A DNA stretch of 64,000 nt from Polyangiales bacterium (GCA_964202905.1 CAXNJO010000002.1:608001-672000), one strand, 5' to 3'. Shown: positions 9,677 through 23,822, numbered from the stretch's first letter. A program made the numbers and translations. The notes: a model not told the origin generated them from the letters alone.

Positions 9677-9894
9677 GGGTCTCCCTGACATGTTCGGCGT
9701 CCGGGGAGGCAGCCTCTCGATCCAGCTCGCGAGCGAGCATGCGCTCGCGTCTGGGCGGAGTGTGGCGTTCGCGGGGGTCGACCGGGACGACCCGCGCCTC
9801 GGGGCGCCCAGCTGAGTACAGCCCAACCAAGCTATCCCCGCTGACGCGGGCTTGCACAGGCACAGGCCCCGTCGGGGCGGCATGAACGGGGCCC
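9677..9894 (+). ncRNA. ssrS: Probable 6S RNA
   Basis: 5' TCTCCCTGACATGTTCG and 3' GCGGCATG..GGGGCCC can pair to close a long rod and resemble the E. coli 6S ends; internal GAGTGTGGCG resembles the E. coli central segment; about 200 nt intergenic. Confidence 0.6.
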
Positions 9895-9993
9895 GCCACG
9901 CGAAGGCGCCGCGAATCACATGCCGCGGATGAGGCACCGGCGTAGGGCGCCAAGGCCCGACGTTCGGGAGCAGCCTCGGGAGTGCAAGACGAA

Positions 9994-10069
<76 letters not shown>

Positions 10070-10081
10070 AGAGCGACGGCG

Positions 10082-10110
10082 GTTCTAGCGAGGTTGTCCG
10101 GGACAGTCAA
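10082..10110 (-). promoter_or_regulatory. sigma70-type promoter of tRNA-Gly
   Basis: Minus strand TTGACT-17 nt-TAGAAC, 12 nt upstream of the tRNA. Confidence 0.65.
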
Positions 10111-10378
10111 GCTTCGGAACGCTTGCCTCGGGGAGGTGCGGGGGTTGTGGAAGCGGGGGGGCGTGCGCAAGATGGCCGCGTCGTGAACGGCCCCTCCCCC
10201 CAGCCTCCAGCGCGCACGCGGCCCCAACGCCGGTGCCGCGCAGCGTCTCTGAGGCCGGGGCGCCCCCCTCCCCCCGACGCGCTCTGCCCGCACCCGAGCC
10301 CTACGGCTGGGCCACCGCGTCGCACCAACGCGCCTCGCCGCGCCATCCTCCTCACCCTCCAGACGTACTGAGGTCCCG

Positions 10379-10642
10379 ATGAACCACGAGCCCATCTCGT
10401 CCCGCATCCTGCAACTCCTCTCGTCGCAATCGCTCACGCAAGCCGCGCTCGCGCGCCGCGCCGGCATGGACACCGCGCTCCTCAACCGGAAACTCAAGGG
10501 ACACCGCCGCTTCCGGCGCGTCGAGCTCGAGTGGATCGCCGGCGCGCTCGGGCTGACGCTGGCCACCATCGTCAGCGGGACGGACTTCGACGAGCCGCGT
10601 GACGTCTCCGCGCCGACGCGCGCGGACGACACCGCTATCTGA
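10379..10642 (+). CDS. XRE/Cro-type helix-turn-helix protein
   Basis: LTQAALARRAGM..ALLNRKLKG.R......LEWIAGALG pattern; 87 aa. Confidence 0.75.
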   Translation: MNHEPISSRILQLLSSQSLTQAALARRAGMDTALLNRKLKGHRRFRRVELEWIAGALGLTLATIVSGTDFDEPRDVSAPTRADDTAI

Positions 10643-11786
10643 CGGTCGACGGACCGGCCAGCCGCCACACACCGAACCCGGACCCGCCCGAGTCCGTCTC
10701 CCAGCGACGGGCGCCGTCCACGTCCGGCGGCGCGAGGCGCAACACCGTGCCCTCCACGGGCGGGAGCGCGTCGCCGACCCTCTGAACGAGACCGTCCCGC
10801 GCGCCGCCCGGGACGGTCAGCCGCCCGCGCACACCGCCCGAGTCGATCTCGACGTCGGTGACGAGCAGGCCTCCCTCCCAGCGCGTGGCCACGCTGCGCG
10901 CCACGCCGCGGATCCCGGCGTCCGCACGCGCGGTCGTCGCGGTCGGGCCAGCCCAGGGCGCAGCGATCAGGAATCCGAGCACGACGAGCGCCCGGCGCGC
11001 GGTGCGCCTGCGCGAGGACATCGCGAGCCCCAGGACCAGGAGCGCGAAGAGCGCCGCGGGGAGGCGCGTGCGTGCGCGCCACGACGCGCGTGCGCCGCCA
11101 CCGGAGACGCCACAACCCGCGCCGGTCGCGAACGGCGCGTCGAGCATCTCGTCCGCGTAGATCGCGCGGACACCCGCCTCGTCGTCGGCCGCGATCGTCC
11201 GGGCCGCCGTCTCCCCGAGCGCGAGGCGCGGCCACATGGTGGCCGCCGGATCGTCCATCGACTCCCCGAGCCCGAGCACGTGCCCGGACTCGTGCGTGAG
11301 CAGCGAGGCGAGATCGTAGCGGCGACGGTCGCGCCCGGCGGGCGGCTCGGCGATCAGCTGCACGTTGCGCGAATCCTCGACGAGGATGTCGGCGTCGAGG
11401 AGGACGCCGTCGTCCTGCCGGTACGTGCTGACGGTCACCGCGAGCGCCGTGCCACCGATCGGCAGGCGCGCGACGCGGTAGGCGCCATTCTCGTTGGTGC
11501 CCGCCGGCGCATACCCCGGCGCGCGTTGCGTCTCGCCCTCGAGCGCGAGGACGGGGACGCCCTCGATGCCGCCCCACGCGCCGAAGGCGATGCGACCTGC
11601 CTCCAGCGACTCCGCGGCGTTTCCGCCGAGCGTGGGGTCGACGCGCATCGGGACTTGCGCGATCGACCAGCGCACCGGCAAACCGCCCACCGTGAAACGC
11701 TGTGTGTAGGCGCGCGTCGGGGCGGGCGCGACGCCCAGCACGACCCACGCGAGCGCGGCAGCGACGACGAGTCGACGGAGCGTCAT
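10635..11786 (-). CDS. Matrixin (M10)-like secreted metalloprotease with an internal MYXO-CTERM-like segment and an extra C-terminal domain
   Basis: Signal peptide, DADI motif, HESGHVLGLGE, Met-turn ATMWP, then GAGC...TM...RRR followed by about 100 further residues. Confidence 0.75.
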   Translation of the reverse strand: MTLRRLVVAAALAWVVLGVAPAPTRAYTQRFTVGGLPVRWSIAQVPMRVDPTLGGNAAESLEAGRIAFGAWGGIEGVPVLALEGETQRAPGYAPAGTNENGAYRVARLPIGGTALAVTVSTYRQDDGVLLDADILVEDSRNVQLIAEPPAGRDRRRYDLASLLTHESGHVLGLGESMDDPAATMWPRLALGETAARTIAADDEAGVRAIYADEMLDAPFATGAGCGVSGGGARASWRARTRLPAALFALLVLGLAMSSRRRTARRALVVLGFLIAAPWAGPTATTARADAGIRGVARSVATRWEGGLLVTDVEIDSGGVRGRLTVPGGARDGLVQRVGDALPPVEGTVLRLAPPDVDGARRWETDSGGSGFGVWRLAGPSTVR

Positions 11787-11871
11787 CACGTTGCACATAC
11801 GGTAGCCCAACACCCCGACTTGCGGTGGACGAACTCCTGCGGCTACGAAATCGCGTCTGGTATGGTCGCGC

Positions 11872-12799
11872 ATGGCCCTCGAAGCGCCCCGCTCCCGCGC
11901 CTCCCGCACCGTCCACCGCAAGCGCGCGATGTCCGAGGACGGTACGCACCTCTCGTACGAGGTCATCGGCGAGGGCCCGCGCACCCTGCTGCTCGCCAAC
12001 GGGCTCGGCGGGCGCCTCTACGCCTGGGACCCGCTGATCGACGCGCTCGCCGACGAATATCGGTTTGATCACCTGGGATTATCGGGGCCTCTTCGACTCG
12101 GGCACGCCGGCCTCGCGGCGCCGCCTCTCGCTCGTCGATCACGTCGGCGACGCGCGCGCGATCCTCCGCGCCGAGGCCTGCGAACGCGCGGTCTTCGTGG
12201 GCTGGAGCATGGGCGTGCAGGTCTCGCTCGACCTCGCCGCGACGCACCCCGAGCTCTGCGCGGGGCTCGTGCTCCTCAACGGCACCTACGGCCACACCCT
12301 CTCGAGCGGCTTCCAACCTTTCGTCTCGCTGCCCGGGCTGCCACGCCTCATGCACTTCGCCATCGAGGCCGCGCACGGACAGCCGGCGCTCCTCGGTTGG
12401 CTCGCGCAGCTCGCGCGGCTCGGCGAGCTCCCCGCGACGGCGCTCTTCGCGATCACGGCGGGCGCGCGCAGCCTCGCGCTGCGCCCCGTCCTGCGCCGCT
12501 ACATGGACGACGTGCTCGGCGCGAGCTTCGACAATTACCTACGCCTCTTCCAGGAGCTCGACGCGCACAGCGTCTACCACCTGCTCCCCGAGATCACGGC
12601 CCCCACGCTGGTCGTGAGCGGCCTGCTCGACCTGCTCACGCCCGCGCGCCAGTCGTGGGAGATCCACCTCCGCCTGCACGACTCACGGCACCTCGCGCTC
12701 GTGCGTGCGTCGCACTTCGCGCTGCTCGAGCGCCCGGACGTCGTCGTCCCCGCGCTGCGCACCTTCCTCGCGGAACGTGCGCAGTTCGACGCGCGCTGA
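11872..12799 (+). CDS. Alpha/beta hydrolase, frameshifted near 12064
   Basis: SEDGTHLSYEVIGEG..ANGLGG in one frame; ITWDYRG, GWSMG nucleophile elbow and SHF in the next; one extra T in CGGTTTGATC. Confidence 0.85.
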
Positions 12800-12815
12800 C
12801 GGCCTCCGCGCGCGC

Positions 12816-15293
<2,478 letters not shown>

Positions 15294-15349
15294 CGCGCGC
15301 GACCATAGCAGCCCGCGGTGACCGTGCGCGGCGTGCTAAGGCTCGGCCC

Positions 15350-16131
<782 letters not shown>

Positions 16132-16135
<4 letters not shown>

Positions 16136-16878
16136 GCACGCGCGCGACGCTGCGGGAGTGGCTGGCCGCGGGGCCGTACACGCTCGCGATGTCGAGCGGC
16201 TTCTTCGGGTTCTACGCGCACGCGGGCGTGGTGTCGGTGCTCGAAGAGGAGCGACTCCTGCCTGCGCGCGTGAGCGGCTCGAGCGCGGGCGCCCTCGTCG
16301 GAGGCGCGCACGCCGCCGGGCTCTCGAGCGCACGACTCGGCGACGCGCTGTTCTCGCTGCGGCGCGAAGATTTCTGGGATCCGGCGCCCGGCGCGGGGCT
16401 GCTGCGCGGGCGGCTCTTCCGCGCGCGCCTCGAGTCGCTGCTCCCAGCGCGCGACTTCGCCGAGTGCGCCGTCCCGCTCCACGTCAGCGTCTTCTCCGTC
16501 CTCTCGCGGCAGACGCGCGTGCTCGGCGGCGCCGGCCCGCTCGCCGCGGCGATCCACGCGTCGTGCGCGGTGCCCTTCATGTTCCAGCCCGTGTGGATCG
16601 GCGGGCGACCGTACGTCGATGGCGGCGTGGCCGATCGACCGGGCCTCGCGGGCACCGCCCACGGCGACCGCGTGCTCTACCACCACCTCTCGAGCCGCTC
16701 GCCCTGGCGCCGCCCAGGGAGTCCGTCGCTGCGCGTCCCGGCGCGCGATGGGCTCGTGCCCCTCGTGCTCGCGGGCCTCCCGCGCGTCGGGCCGTTCCGC
16801 CTCCACGAAGGGCCGCGCGCCTTCGACGTCGCGCGCCGCGCCACGCGCGCCGCCCTCGACGCGCCGCACGCACGCTGA
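16132..16878 (+). CDS. Patatin-like phospholipase
   Basis: Variant oxyanion loop SSGFFG, GSSAG nucleophile, ASCAVP and DGG; GTGA overlap with xth. Confidence 0.85.
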
Positions 16879-16940
16879 ACGTCTGGTCTTTCCGCGGCGA
16901 CGCGTGGGACACTCGCGTCCCTCACCGGGAGACCCAGCCC

Positions 16941-18893
16941 ATGTCGCAGCCGTCGATCGAGAGCGTGTCGCGCGAGTCGCGCGTGTTCGCACCGCAAGAG
17001 GCCTTCGCCCGCGCCGCGCGCGTCCCCTCTCGGGAGGCGTACGAGGCGATGTACCGGAGGAGCGTCGAGCAGCCCGACGCCTTCTGGCTCGAGCTCGCGC
17101 AGGAGCTGCACTGGTTCCGCGCGCCGACGAAGGGCCTCGATTGGAGCCGCGCGCCGCACGCGACGTGGTTCGAGGACGGCACCACGAACCTCGCCTTCAA
17201 CTGCCTCGATCGCCACCTCGACGGGCCGCGCCGCAACAAGGCCGCGATCCTCTTCGAGGGCGAGCCCGGCGACGTCCGCACGCTCACGTACCAGCAGTTG
17301 CACCGCGAGGTCTGCCGCTTCGCGAACGTGCTCGAGAAGCTCGGCGTGGCCTCCGGCGATCGCGTCGCGATCTACATGGGCATGGTCCCCGAGGCCGTGA
17401 TCGCGATGCTCGCCTGCGCGCGCATCGGCGCGATCCACACGGTGATCTTCGGCGGCTTCGCGGCCGAAGCCGTGCGCGATCGCGTCAACGACGCGCAGGC
17501 GAAGCTTGTCATCACACAAGATGGTGCCTGGCGCCGCGGCAGCGTCGTGCCGCTCAAGGAGAACGTCGATCGCGCGCTCGCCGAGACGCCGAGCGTCACG
17601 CACACGGTCGTGCTGCGCCGCACGGGTCACGACATCGCGATGAGCCCGGGGCGCGATCATTGGTGGCACGACATCGTCGAGGCCGTCACCGCGAAGCACG
17701 AGGCGCCCGCGCTCCCCGCCGAGCACCCGCTCTTCATCCTCTACACCTCGGGCACGACGGGGAAGCCGAAGGGCGTCCTGCACACGACGGGCGGCTACAT
17801 GGTCGGCGCGTACGCGACGAGCCGCTACGTCTTCGACCTGCGGGACGACGACACGTACTGGTGCACCGCCGACGTCGGCTGGGTCACGGGCCACAGCTAC
17901 ATCACGTACGGCCCGCTCGCGAACGGCGCGACGTGCGTGCTCTACGAGGGCGCGCCGAACCAGCCGGATCCCGGGCGTTTCTGGTCGATCATCGAGCGCT
18001 GGGGCGTGACGATCCTCTACACCGCGCCGACCGCGATCCGCGCGTTCGTGAAGTGGGGCGACCAATACCCGCTCAAGCACGATCTCCGCTCGCTGCGGCT
18101 CCTCGGCACGGTCGGCGAGCCCATCAACCCCGAGGCGTGGATGTGGTACCGCAGCGTCGTCGGCGGCGACCGCTGCCCCATCGTCGACACGTGGTGGCAG
18201 ACGGAAACGGGCGCGATCATGATGACGCCGCTCCCCGGCGCGGTGCCCACGAAGCCCGGCAGCTGCACGGTCCCCTTCTTCGGCGTGGTGCCGAAGGTGC
18301 TCCGCGAGGACGGCAGCGAGGCCGGCCCGAACGAGGGCGGCCTCCTCGTGGTCGAGCGGCCGTGGCCCTCGATGATGCGGACGATCTGGGGTGACGACGC
18401 GCGCTTCAAGGACACGTATTTCTCGCGTTTTCCGGGCATTTACTTCACCGGAGACGGCGCGCGCCGCGACGACGACGGCTACTTCTGGGTGATGGGTCGC
18501 GTCGACGACGTGGTGAACGTCGCGGGGCATCGGCTCGGCACCGCCGAGATCGAGAGCGCGCTCGTCTCGCACCGCAGCGTCGCGGAGGCGGCCGTCGTCG
18601 GGCGGCCCGACGCGATGAAGGGACAGGCGCTCGTCGCGTTCGTCACGGTGAAGTCGGGCGAGCAGCCCACGGCCGAGTTGAAGGCGAAACTCCTCGACCA
18701 CGTCGCGCAGGAGATCGGCAAGTTCGCGCGCCCCGACGACATCCGCTTCACCGACACGCTGCCGAAGACGCGCAGCGGCAAGATCATGCGGCGGCTGTTG
18801 AAGGAGATCGCGAGCGGCGGCGAGGTGACGGGCGACATGACGACCCTCGAGGACCTCTCCGTGCTCGCGCGGCTGCGCGCCGACGACGCGTGA
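16941..18893 (+). CDS. acs: Acetate--CoA ligase
   Basis: [30 protein letters not shown] and [11 protein letters not shown]. Confidence 0.96.
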   Translation: MSQPSIESVSRESRVFAPQEAFARAARVPSREAYEAMYRRSVEQPDAFWLELAQELHWFRAPTKGLDWSRAPHATWFEDGTTNLAFNCLDRHLDGPRRNKAAILFEGEPGDVRTLTYQQLHREVCRFANVLEKLGVASGDRVAIYMGMVPEAVIAMLACARIGAIHTVIFGGFAAEAVRDRVNDAQAKLVITQDGAWRRGSVVPLKENVDRALAETPSVTHTVVLRRTGHDIAMSPGRDHWWHDIVEAVTAKHEAPALPAEHPLFILYTSGTTGKPKGVLHTTGGYMVGAYATSRYVFDLRDDDTYWCTADVGWVTGHSYITYGPLANGATCVLYEGAPNQPDPGRFWSIIERWGVTILYTAPTAIRAFVKWGDQYPLKHDLRSLRLLGTVGEPINPEAWMWYRSVVGGDRCPIVDTWWQTETGAIMMTPLPGAVPTKPGSCTVPFFGVVPKVLREDGSEAGPNEGGLLVVERPWPSMMRTIWGDDARFKDTYFSRFPGIYFTGDGARRDDDGYFWVMGRVDDVVNVAGHRLGTAEIESALVSHRSVAEAAVVGRPDAMKGQALVAFVTVKSGEQPTAELKAKLLDHVAQEIGKFARPDDIRFTDTLPKTRSGKIMRRLLKEIASGGEVTGDMTTLEDLSVLARLRADDA

Positions 18894-19029
18894 GCGCCGA
18901 CGACGCGTGAGCGCCGTGCGCGCGGAGGGGGGCGGCGTGATGTCCGCGCGCATCCCCCGACGCGCAGCGACACGACACGCAGCGACGCGACACGCAGCGC
19001 CGCGCCCCCCCGAGGAGGGCGCGGCGCCT

Positions 19030-21111
19030 TCAATCGAGCCAGCGCGCGGCCGCGACGAGCGGCGCGAGCGCCGTGCGCACCACCGCGCGGCGCGCGTCGT
19101 CGTCGCGCACCCACGCGGCGAGCGCAGGCCCGACGGCGTAGTAGGCCCGCACGAGCGCGCGCCCCGGAGCGTTCGTCAAGAGGTGGCGATCGCGCAGGCG
19201 GCGCAGCGCGCGGATCTCCGGCGCGAACGGCGTGCCGTGCGCGGCGGTCGCGACGAAACACGGAGAGACGACGGTGAACGAGATCGGCGTCGTCGTGACC
19301 TCGCCCACCGCGATAGGCGACGCCTCGCCGCACGCGTCGAGCGCGCGTACGCCCACGACGTAACGCGTCTGCGGTTCGAGCCCGCCGAGGTCGAAGGTGA
19401 TCGCCTCGCCCGGCGCGGCCGTGATCGGCACGCGCAGCGCGACGCTGTCCGTGACGGGTGCCTTGGCCGGCAGCGCGCGCAAAAACGACGCGAGGTCGGT
19501 GATCGGCGCCGTGCCGACGCGCACCTCGTAGGCCGTCACGCCGACGTCGTCCGCCGGCGCGACGAACCACGCGCGCGCGAACCGGTGCGAGTCGCGATCG
19601 TCCGGGTGCGTCTCCACGACCAGCCCCGTGAGCGCGCCCGGCGGCGCGTTGCCCGCGGCGCACTGGCAGATGATCCCGCTGGTGCACGGCGAGGGCGGCG
19701 GCGCACACGCGGGCCGCGGATCGCCCGGCACGCAGGGCTCTGCGCACGCCGGCCGCGCGTCGCCCGCCACGCACGGTTCCGCGCACGCTGGCCGCGCGTC
19801 GCCCGCCACGCACGGCGCCGCGCACTCCGGCCGCGCGTCGCCCGCCACGCACGGCGCCGCGCACTCCGGCCGCGCGTCGCCCGCCACGCACGGCGCCGCG
19901 CACTCCGGCCGCGCGTCGCCCTCGACGCACGGGAGCGGCCCGCCGGGATCCGCGCCGCGCGGACCGACGTACGTGACGCGCAGCCGGTGCCCGTGATCGC
20001 CGAGCAGGAGGCGGTCGGCGCCGCTGCCCGGTGCGCCCGCGGGATCGTCCGTGATCGCCGGGCCGATCGGCGTCAGGTCACCGCCCGCGTCGCCCTGTCC
20101 GCTGAGGCTGCCTGCGCCGTACGGCGCGCTCACCGTCCGCTCGCCCACCCAGCCGACGCGCACCGGCGCGGCGTACACGATCGACGGCTGCCCACGGTAC
20201 GGGTAGCCGAAGGTCATCGCCCAGTAGTCCCACATGGCCGCGGGCGCGCTCGGCGTCGGGTAGGCCGCGTCGTCGAAGGACACGTTGTAGTCACCCTCGA
20301 CGTGGACCTCGACGAAGACGACGTAGTCGCCATCGGGCACGCCGTCGGGCACGGTGTAAACGAAGGTCTGCGGCTCCCCGCCTGCCGCGGTCGCCATCGA
20401 CACCGCGTCGATCTCGGGCATGGCGGCGCGCGCATCGGCTGCGAAACCGAGGACGTCGCGGTGATCCGCGCAGCCGCTCCCGGTGCAGGCGGTGACGTCG
20501 CGGCGCGGCGGATAGGGCGAGTCGAGCGAGAGCGGCGCCATGCGCGCGGCCGGGTCCGCCTGCGGCTCCGCGTAGCCCGCAGTGACGTCGGCCTCGGTGA
20601 CGTAGCGGCCCTTGTCGCTGTTGAACAAGCTCGCGCACGCGACGGCGTCGAGCGCGTCGCGGCGGGTCGTCGCGTCGTTGAACGAGAGACAGAAATACGC
20701 GTCCGGCGTCGCGTCGTTGCTCGTACGCGACGCGAAGCCCTCCGACTCGCGGTCCTGAAAGATCACGCGACGGAAGGGCGCGGCCCCGGACGCGACGCGC
20801 CGGTGCGCCCAGACCGGGAGCACGCCCTCGCGGCGCCCATAAGGCCAGCGGAATCCACTGTTCATCTGCGAGGCGCCGGGGCGATTGCCGATGCCGCGCA
20901 GCGCCACCGCCTCGGTGAGACGCAGCGTGCGCACGAAGGTGCCGTCGCTGCGCTCGAGCCAGATGGCGACCTGCGCGCGCGACGTCGGGACGTAGTCGAT
21001 TTCGAGCAACCGCGGTGTCGCATCGCCCGGTCCCCCTGCCCGCGCGCGGGACGCAGGCACGAGGAGGGCGAACGTCGCGAGGGCGCAGAGCAGCGGGGCG
21101 CGGCGGAGCAT
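19030..21111 (-). CDS. Secreted protein with DUF2271-like N-terminus, Cys-rich tandem repeats, FN3-like domain and CFI-box-CTERM
   Basis: Signal peptide; QVAIWLERSDGTFVRTL; FN3-like GLEPQTRYVVGVRALD; C-terminal CFVATAAHG..LRRLRD...YYAVGP. Confidence 0.75.
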   Translation of the reverse strand: MLRRAPLLCALATFALLVPASRARAGGPGDATPRLLEIDYVPTSRAQVAIWLERSDGTFVRTLRLTEAVALRGIGNRPGASQMNSGFRWPYGRREGVLPVWAHRRVASGAAPFRRVIFQDRESEGFASRTSNDATPDAYFCLSFNDATTRRDALDAVACASLFNSDKGRYVTEADVTAGYAEPQADPAARMAPLSLDSPYPPRRDVTACTGSGCADHRDVLGFAADARAAMPEIDAVSMATAAGGEPQTFVYTVPDGVPDGDYVVFVEVHVEGDYNVSFDDAAYPTPSAPAAMWDYWAMTFGYPYRGQPSIVYAAPVRVGWVGERTVSAPYGAGSLSGQGDAGGDLTPIGPAITDDPAGAPGSGADRLLLGDHGHRLRVTYVGPRGADPGGPLPCVEGDARPECAAPCVAGDARPECAAPCVAGDARPECAAPCVAGDARPACAEPCVAGDARPACAEPCVPGDPRPACAPPPSPCTSGIICQCAAGNAPPGALTGLVVETHPDDRDSHRFARAWFVAPADDVGVTAYEVRVGTAPITDLASFLRALPAKAPVTDSVALRVPITAAPGEAITFDLGGLEPQTRYVVGVRALDACGEASPIAVGEVTTTPISFTVVSPCFVATAAHGTPFAPEIRALRRLRDRHLLTNAPGRALVRAYYAVGPALAAWVRDDDARRAVVRTALAPLVAAARWLD
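19701..19934 (-). repeat. 6 x 39 bp coding tandem repeat (PCVAGDARP(E/A)CA(A/E))
   Basis: Six in-frame 13 aa units, some identical at DNA level, with no spacers. Confidence 0.9.
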
Positions 21112-21247
21112 GGCGACCCGGATGCTAGCGCCGCGCGCGCCCGAGCAGAAGCGGACTGCGCGCGGCACTCGGCCGCTTCGAAACGCCGACGCCCCCGCTC
21201 ACGCCAGGTGGCGCGGACGGGGGCGCTGGAGAACGGCCTCTTGCGAC

Positions 21248-22600
21248 TCAGTAGCGGTAGTACTCGGGCTTGAACGGGCCCTGCGCCGGGACGCCGAGGT
21301 ACTCGGACTGCTTCGACGAGAGCGCCGTGAGCTTGGCGCCGAGCTTGCCGAGGTGCAGGCGCGCGACCTTCTCGTCGAGCGCCTTCGGAAGCACGTAGAC
21401 CTTGCCCGTCTCGTACTTCGCGGTCTCGGTGAAGAGCGTGATCTGCGCGAGCACCTGGTTCGAGAAGCTCGTCGACATGACGAAGCTCGGGTGCCCCGTG
21501 GCGCAACCGAGGTTCACGAGGCGGCCGCTCGCGAGCACGATGAGCTTCTTGCCGTCCGGGAACACGAAGTGGTCGACCTGCGGCTTGATGTTCTCGAGGC
21601 GCACGCCGTTCTTCGGGTCGTTCAGCGACGCGATCTCGATCTCGCTGTCGAAGTGGCCGATGTTGCAGAGGATCGCCTCGTTCTTCATCGCGGCCATGTG
21701 CGCGAACGTCACGACGTCGCAGCAGCCCGTCGCGGTGACGACGATGTCCGCGTTCGGCGCGGCCTCGTCCATCGTGACGACCTCGTAGCCCTCCATCGCC
21801 GCCTGCAGCGCGCAGATCGGATCGACCTCCGTGATCTGCACGCGCGCGCCGTAGCTGCGGAGCGAGGTCGCGCAGCCTTTGCCCACGTCGCCGTAGCCGC
21901 AGACCACGACGACCTTGCCCGCGAGCATGACGTCCGTCGCGCGCTTGATGCCGTCGACGAGCGACTCGCGGCAGCCGTAGAGGTTGTCGAACTTCGACTT
22001 CGTGACCGAGTCGTTGACGTTGATGGACGGGCAGAGGAGCTTGCCCTGCTTCGCCATGTCGTAGAGGCGGTGGACGCCCGTCGTCGTCTCTTCGCTGATG
22101 CCGCGGATGCCGTCGGGGCCCGCGAACATCTCGGGGTACTTGTTGTGGATGAGGACGGTGAGGTCACCGCCGTCGTCGAGGATCATGTTCGGCGCGCGGC
22201 CGTCCTTGAACGCTTTGAGCTGCTGCTCGAGGCACCACTCGTACTCGGCCTCGGTCTCACCCTTCCACGCGAACACGGGCACGCCGGTGGCCGCGGTCGC
22301 CGCCGCCGCCTGGTCCTGCGTCGAGAAGATGTTGCAGGAGGTCCAGGTGACCTCGGCGCCGAGCTCGACGAGCGTCTCGATGAGGACCGCGGTCTGGATC
22401 GTCATGTGGAGGCAGCCCGCGACGCGCGCGCCACGGAGCGGCTGCGCGTCCTTGAACTCCGCGCGGATCGCCATGAGGCCGGGCATCTCGGTCTCGGCGA
22501 TCGCGATCTCCTTGCGACCCCAGTCGGCGAGGGTGATGTCCGCGACCTTGTACTTGCCGACGACTGCGTTCTTCGATTCGGTGGCCATCTTCGTCTCCAT
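21248..22600 (-). CDS. ahcY: S-adenosyl-L-homocysteine hydrolase
   Basis: [46 protein letters not shown] and [11 protein letters not shown]. Confidence 0.98.
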   Translation of the reverse strand: METKMATESKNAVVGKYKVADITLADWGRKEIAIAETEMPGLMAIRAEFKDAQPLRGARVAGCLHMTIQTAVLIETLVELGAEVTWTSCNIFSTQDQAAAATAATGVPVFAWKGETEAEYEWCLEQQLKAFKDGRAPNMILDDGGDLTVLIHNKYPEMFAGPDGIRGISEETTTGVHRLYDMAKQGKLLCPSINVNDSVTKSKFDNLYGCRESLVDGIKRATDVMLAGKVVVVCGYGDVGKGCATSLRSYGARVQITEVDPICALQAAMEGYEVVTMDEAAPNADIVVTATGCCDVVTFAHMAAMKNEAILCNIGHFDSEIEIASLNDPKNGVRLENIKPQVDHFVFPDGKKLIVLASGRLVNLGCATGHPSFVMSTSFSNQVLAQITLFTETAKYETGKVYVLPKALDEKVARLHLGKLGAKLTALSSKQSEYLGVPAQGPFKPEYYRY

Positions 22601-22684
22601 CGTGAGTGGGCGCGACGGGCGTCGCGCGGGGGCTTCGGGTCGGTGGGGGCCGTGCGCGGCGAGCGCGCGCGGGTTCGGCGCGCC

Positions 22685-23758
22685 TCAGCGGCGCGCGGAC
22701 GTCTTGCGGGAAGCAGCGCGGCGCGGCGCAGCCTCGGGGGCGGCCTCCGCCGCAGGGCGCGCGGCCACGAGGACCTGCCACGCGAGGTGCTTGTCGGGAC
22801 CCTGGCCGTTGCGCGCCGAGGGGATGGCCGTGATCGACGGCGCGACGAGGCCCGCGGCCTGCGCGAGGCGCGCGAGCTCGGCGGGCGTGAAGCCGAGCCA
22901 CACATCCGCCTGCTCGGCGCGCAGCCGCTCGTCGTCGTGCGTGGCGTAATCGATCACGACGACGTGACCGCCCGGCCGCGCGAGCGACGCGAGGGCCTTC
23001 ATCGCGACGCCCGGCTTCGGCGCGTGGTGCAGCACCCGCGACGCGAAGACGACGTCGGCGCCGCCCGCCGCGCCCGCGAGGCGTCGCACCGCCGCGCGCA
23101 CCTCGCTGCCGTCGAGCGCACCGCGCACGAGCGTGACGTTCTCGTAGCCGCGACGCGCGACGCGCTCCTGCGCGCGGGCGAGCTGCGCCTCTTCGCGATC
23201 GACGGCGACGACGCGCGCGAAGACCGGCGCGAGCACGTCGAGCAGGCTGCCGTCGCCGGTGCCCGCGTCGAGCGCGAGGGCGCGCCGCGGGATGAGTGGC
23301 GCGAGCGCCGTGAGGTACGCGGGCAGCTCCGGCGGGAGCTGGGCGAGGGCCGCAGCGTCCCGCGGGCGCGCGAAATGCTCGCGCGTCGCGAGCTCACGCG
23401 CGCCGACGACCTCCGCGACCCGCGCGAGCGAGCCGTCCTCCTCCGCGAGCGCGCGCCCCTCGCGCAGGGCGTCCGCGACGACCGCGTCGCCGCGCGCCGC
23501 CTCGGGCAGGAACACGAACACCCGCGTCCCCTGCTTGCGCTCCGCGAGCAGGCCGGCCTTGCGCATCGTGCCGACTTGCCGCGACACGTTGGGCTGCGGC
23601 TCGCCGAGCAGCTCCGCGAGTTCCCCGATGGCGAGCTCCTCCGCGGCCGCGAGCGCGAGCAGGCGCAGTCGGACGGGCTCTCCGAGGAGGCGGTAGAGCT
23701 CCCAACGCGCGCCCGTGCCGCTCGCCGCGCTCGCCGTGCCGGGGGTGCCGCCGTCCAT
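22685..23758 (-). CDS. sahR: ArsR-HTH/SAM-methyltransferase fusion regulator (SahR type)
   Basis: ArsR HTH (RLRLLALA..EELAIGELA..LG.PQPNVSRQ) plus LDAGTGDG, VLHH and ADVWLGF; directly upstream of ahcY. Confidence 0.8.
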   Translation of the reverse strand: MDGGTPGTASAASGTGARWELYRLLGEPVRLRLLALAAAEELAIGELAELLGEPQPNVSRQVGTMRKAGLLAERKQGTRVFVFLPEAARGDAVVADALREGRALAEEDGSLARVAEVVGARELATREHFARPRDAAALAQLPPELPAYLTALAPLIPRRALALDAGTGDGSLLDVLAPVFARVVAVDREEAQLARAQERVARRGYENVTLVRGALDGSEVRAAVRRLAGAAGGADVVFASRVLHHAPKPGVAMKALASLARPGGHVVVIDYATHDDERLRAEQADVWLGFTPAELARLAQAAGLVAPSITAIPSARNGQGPDKHLAWQVLVAARPAAEAAPEAAPRRAASRKTSARR

Positions 23759-23768
23759 TGGGCCCTGG

Positions 23769-23790
23769 TCTATGCGAACATGCGCATAGA
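23769..23790. promoter_or_regulatory. Palindromic operator upstream of sahR-ahcY
   Basis: TCTATGCG-aacatg-CGCATAGA, a perfect 8 bp inverted repeat 10 nt before the sahR ATG. Confidence 0.65.
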
Positions 23791-23822
23791 CGCAAGGACG
23801 GCTGCGACGCCGGCGTGCGTCG

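Noticed and set aside
10129..10161. G-run cluster as a functional G-quadruplex
   Set aside because: Only three runs of three or more G, and such runs are expected at this GC content
19701..19934. 39 bp periodic repeat as a possible CRISPR array
   Set aside because: Units are contiguous with no unique spacers, are in frame within a CDS, and no cas genes are present
22601..22684. SAH or SAM riboswitch upstream of ahcY
   Set aside because: Short GC-rich spacer without recognisable consensus; regulation is better explained by SahR and its palindrome
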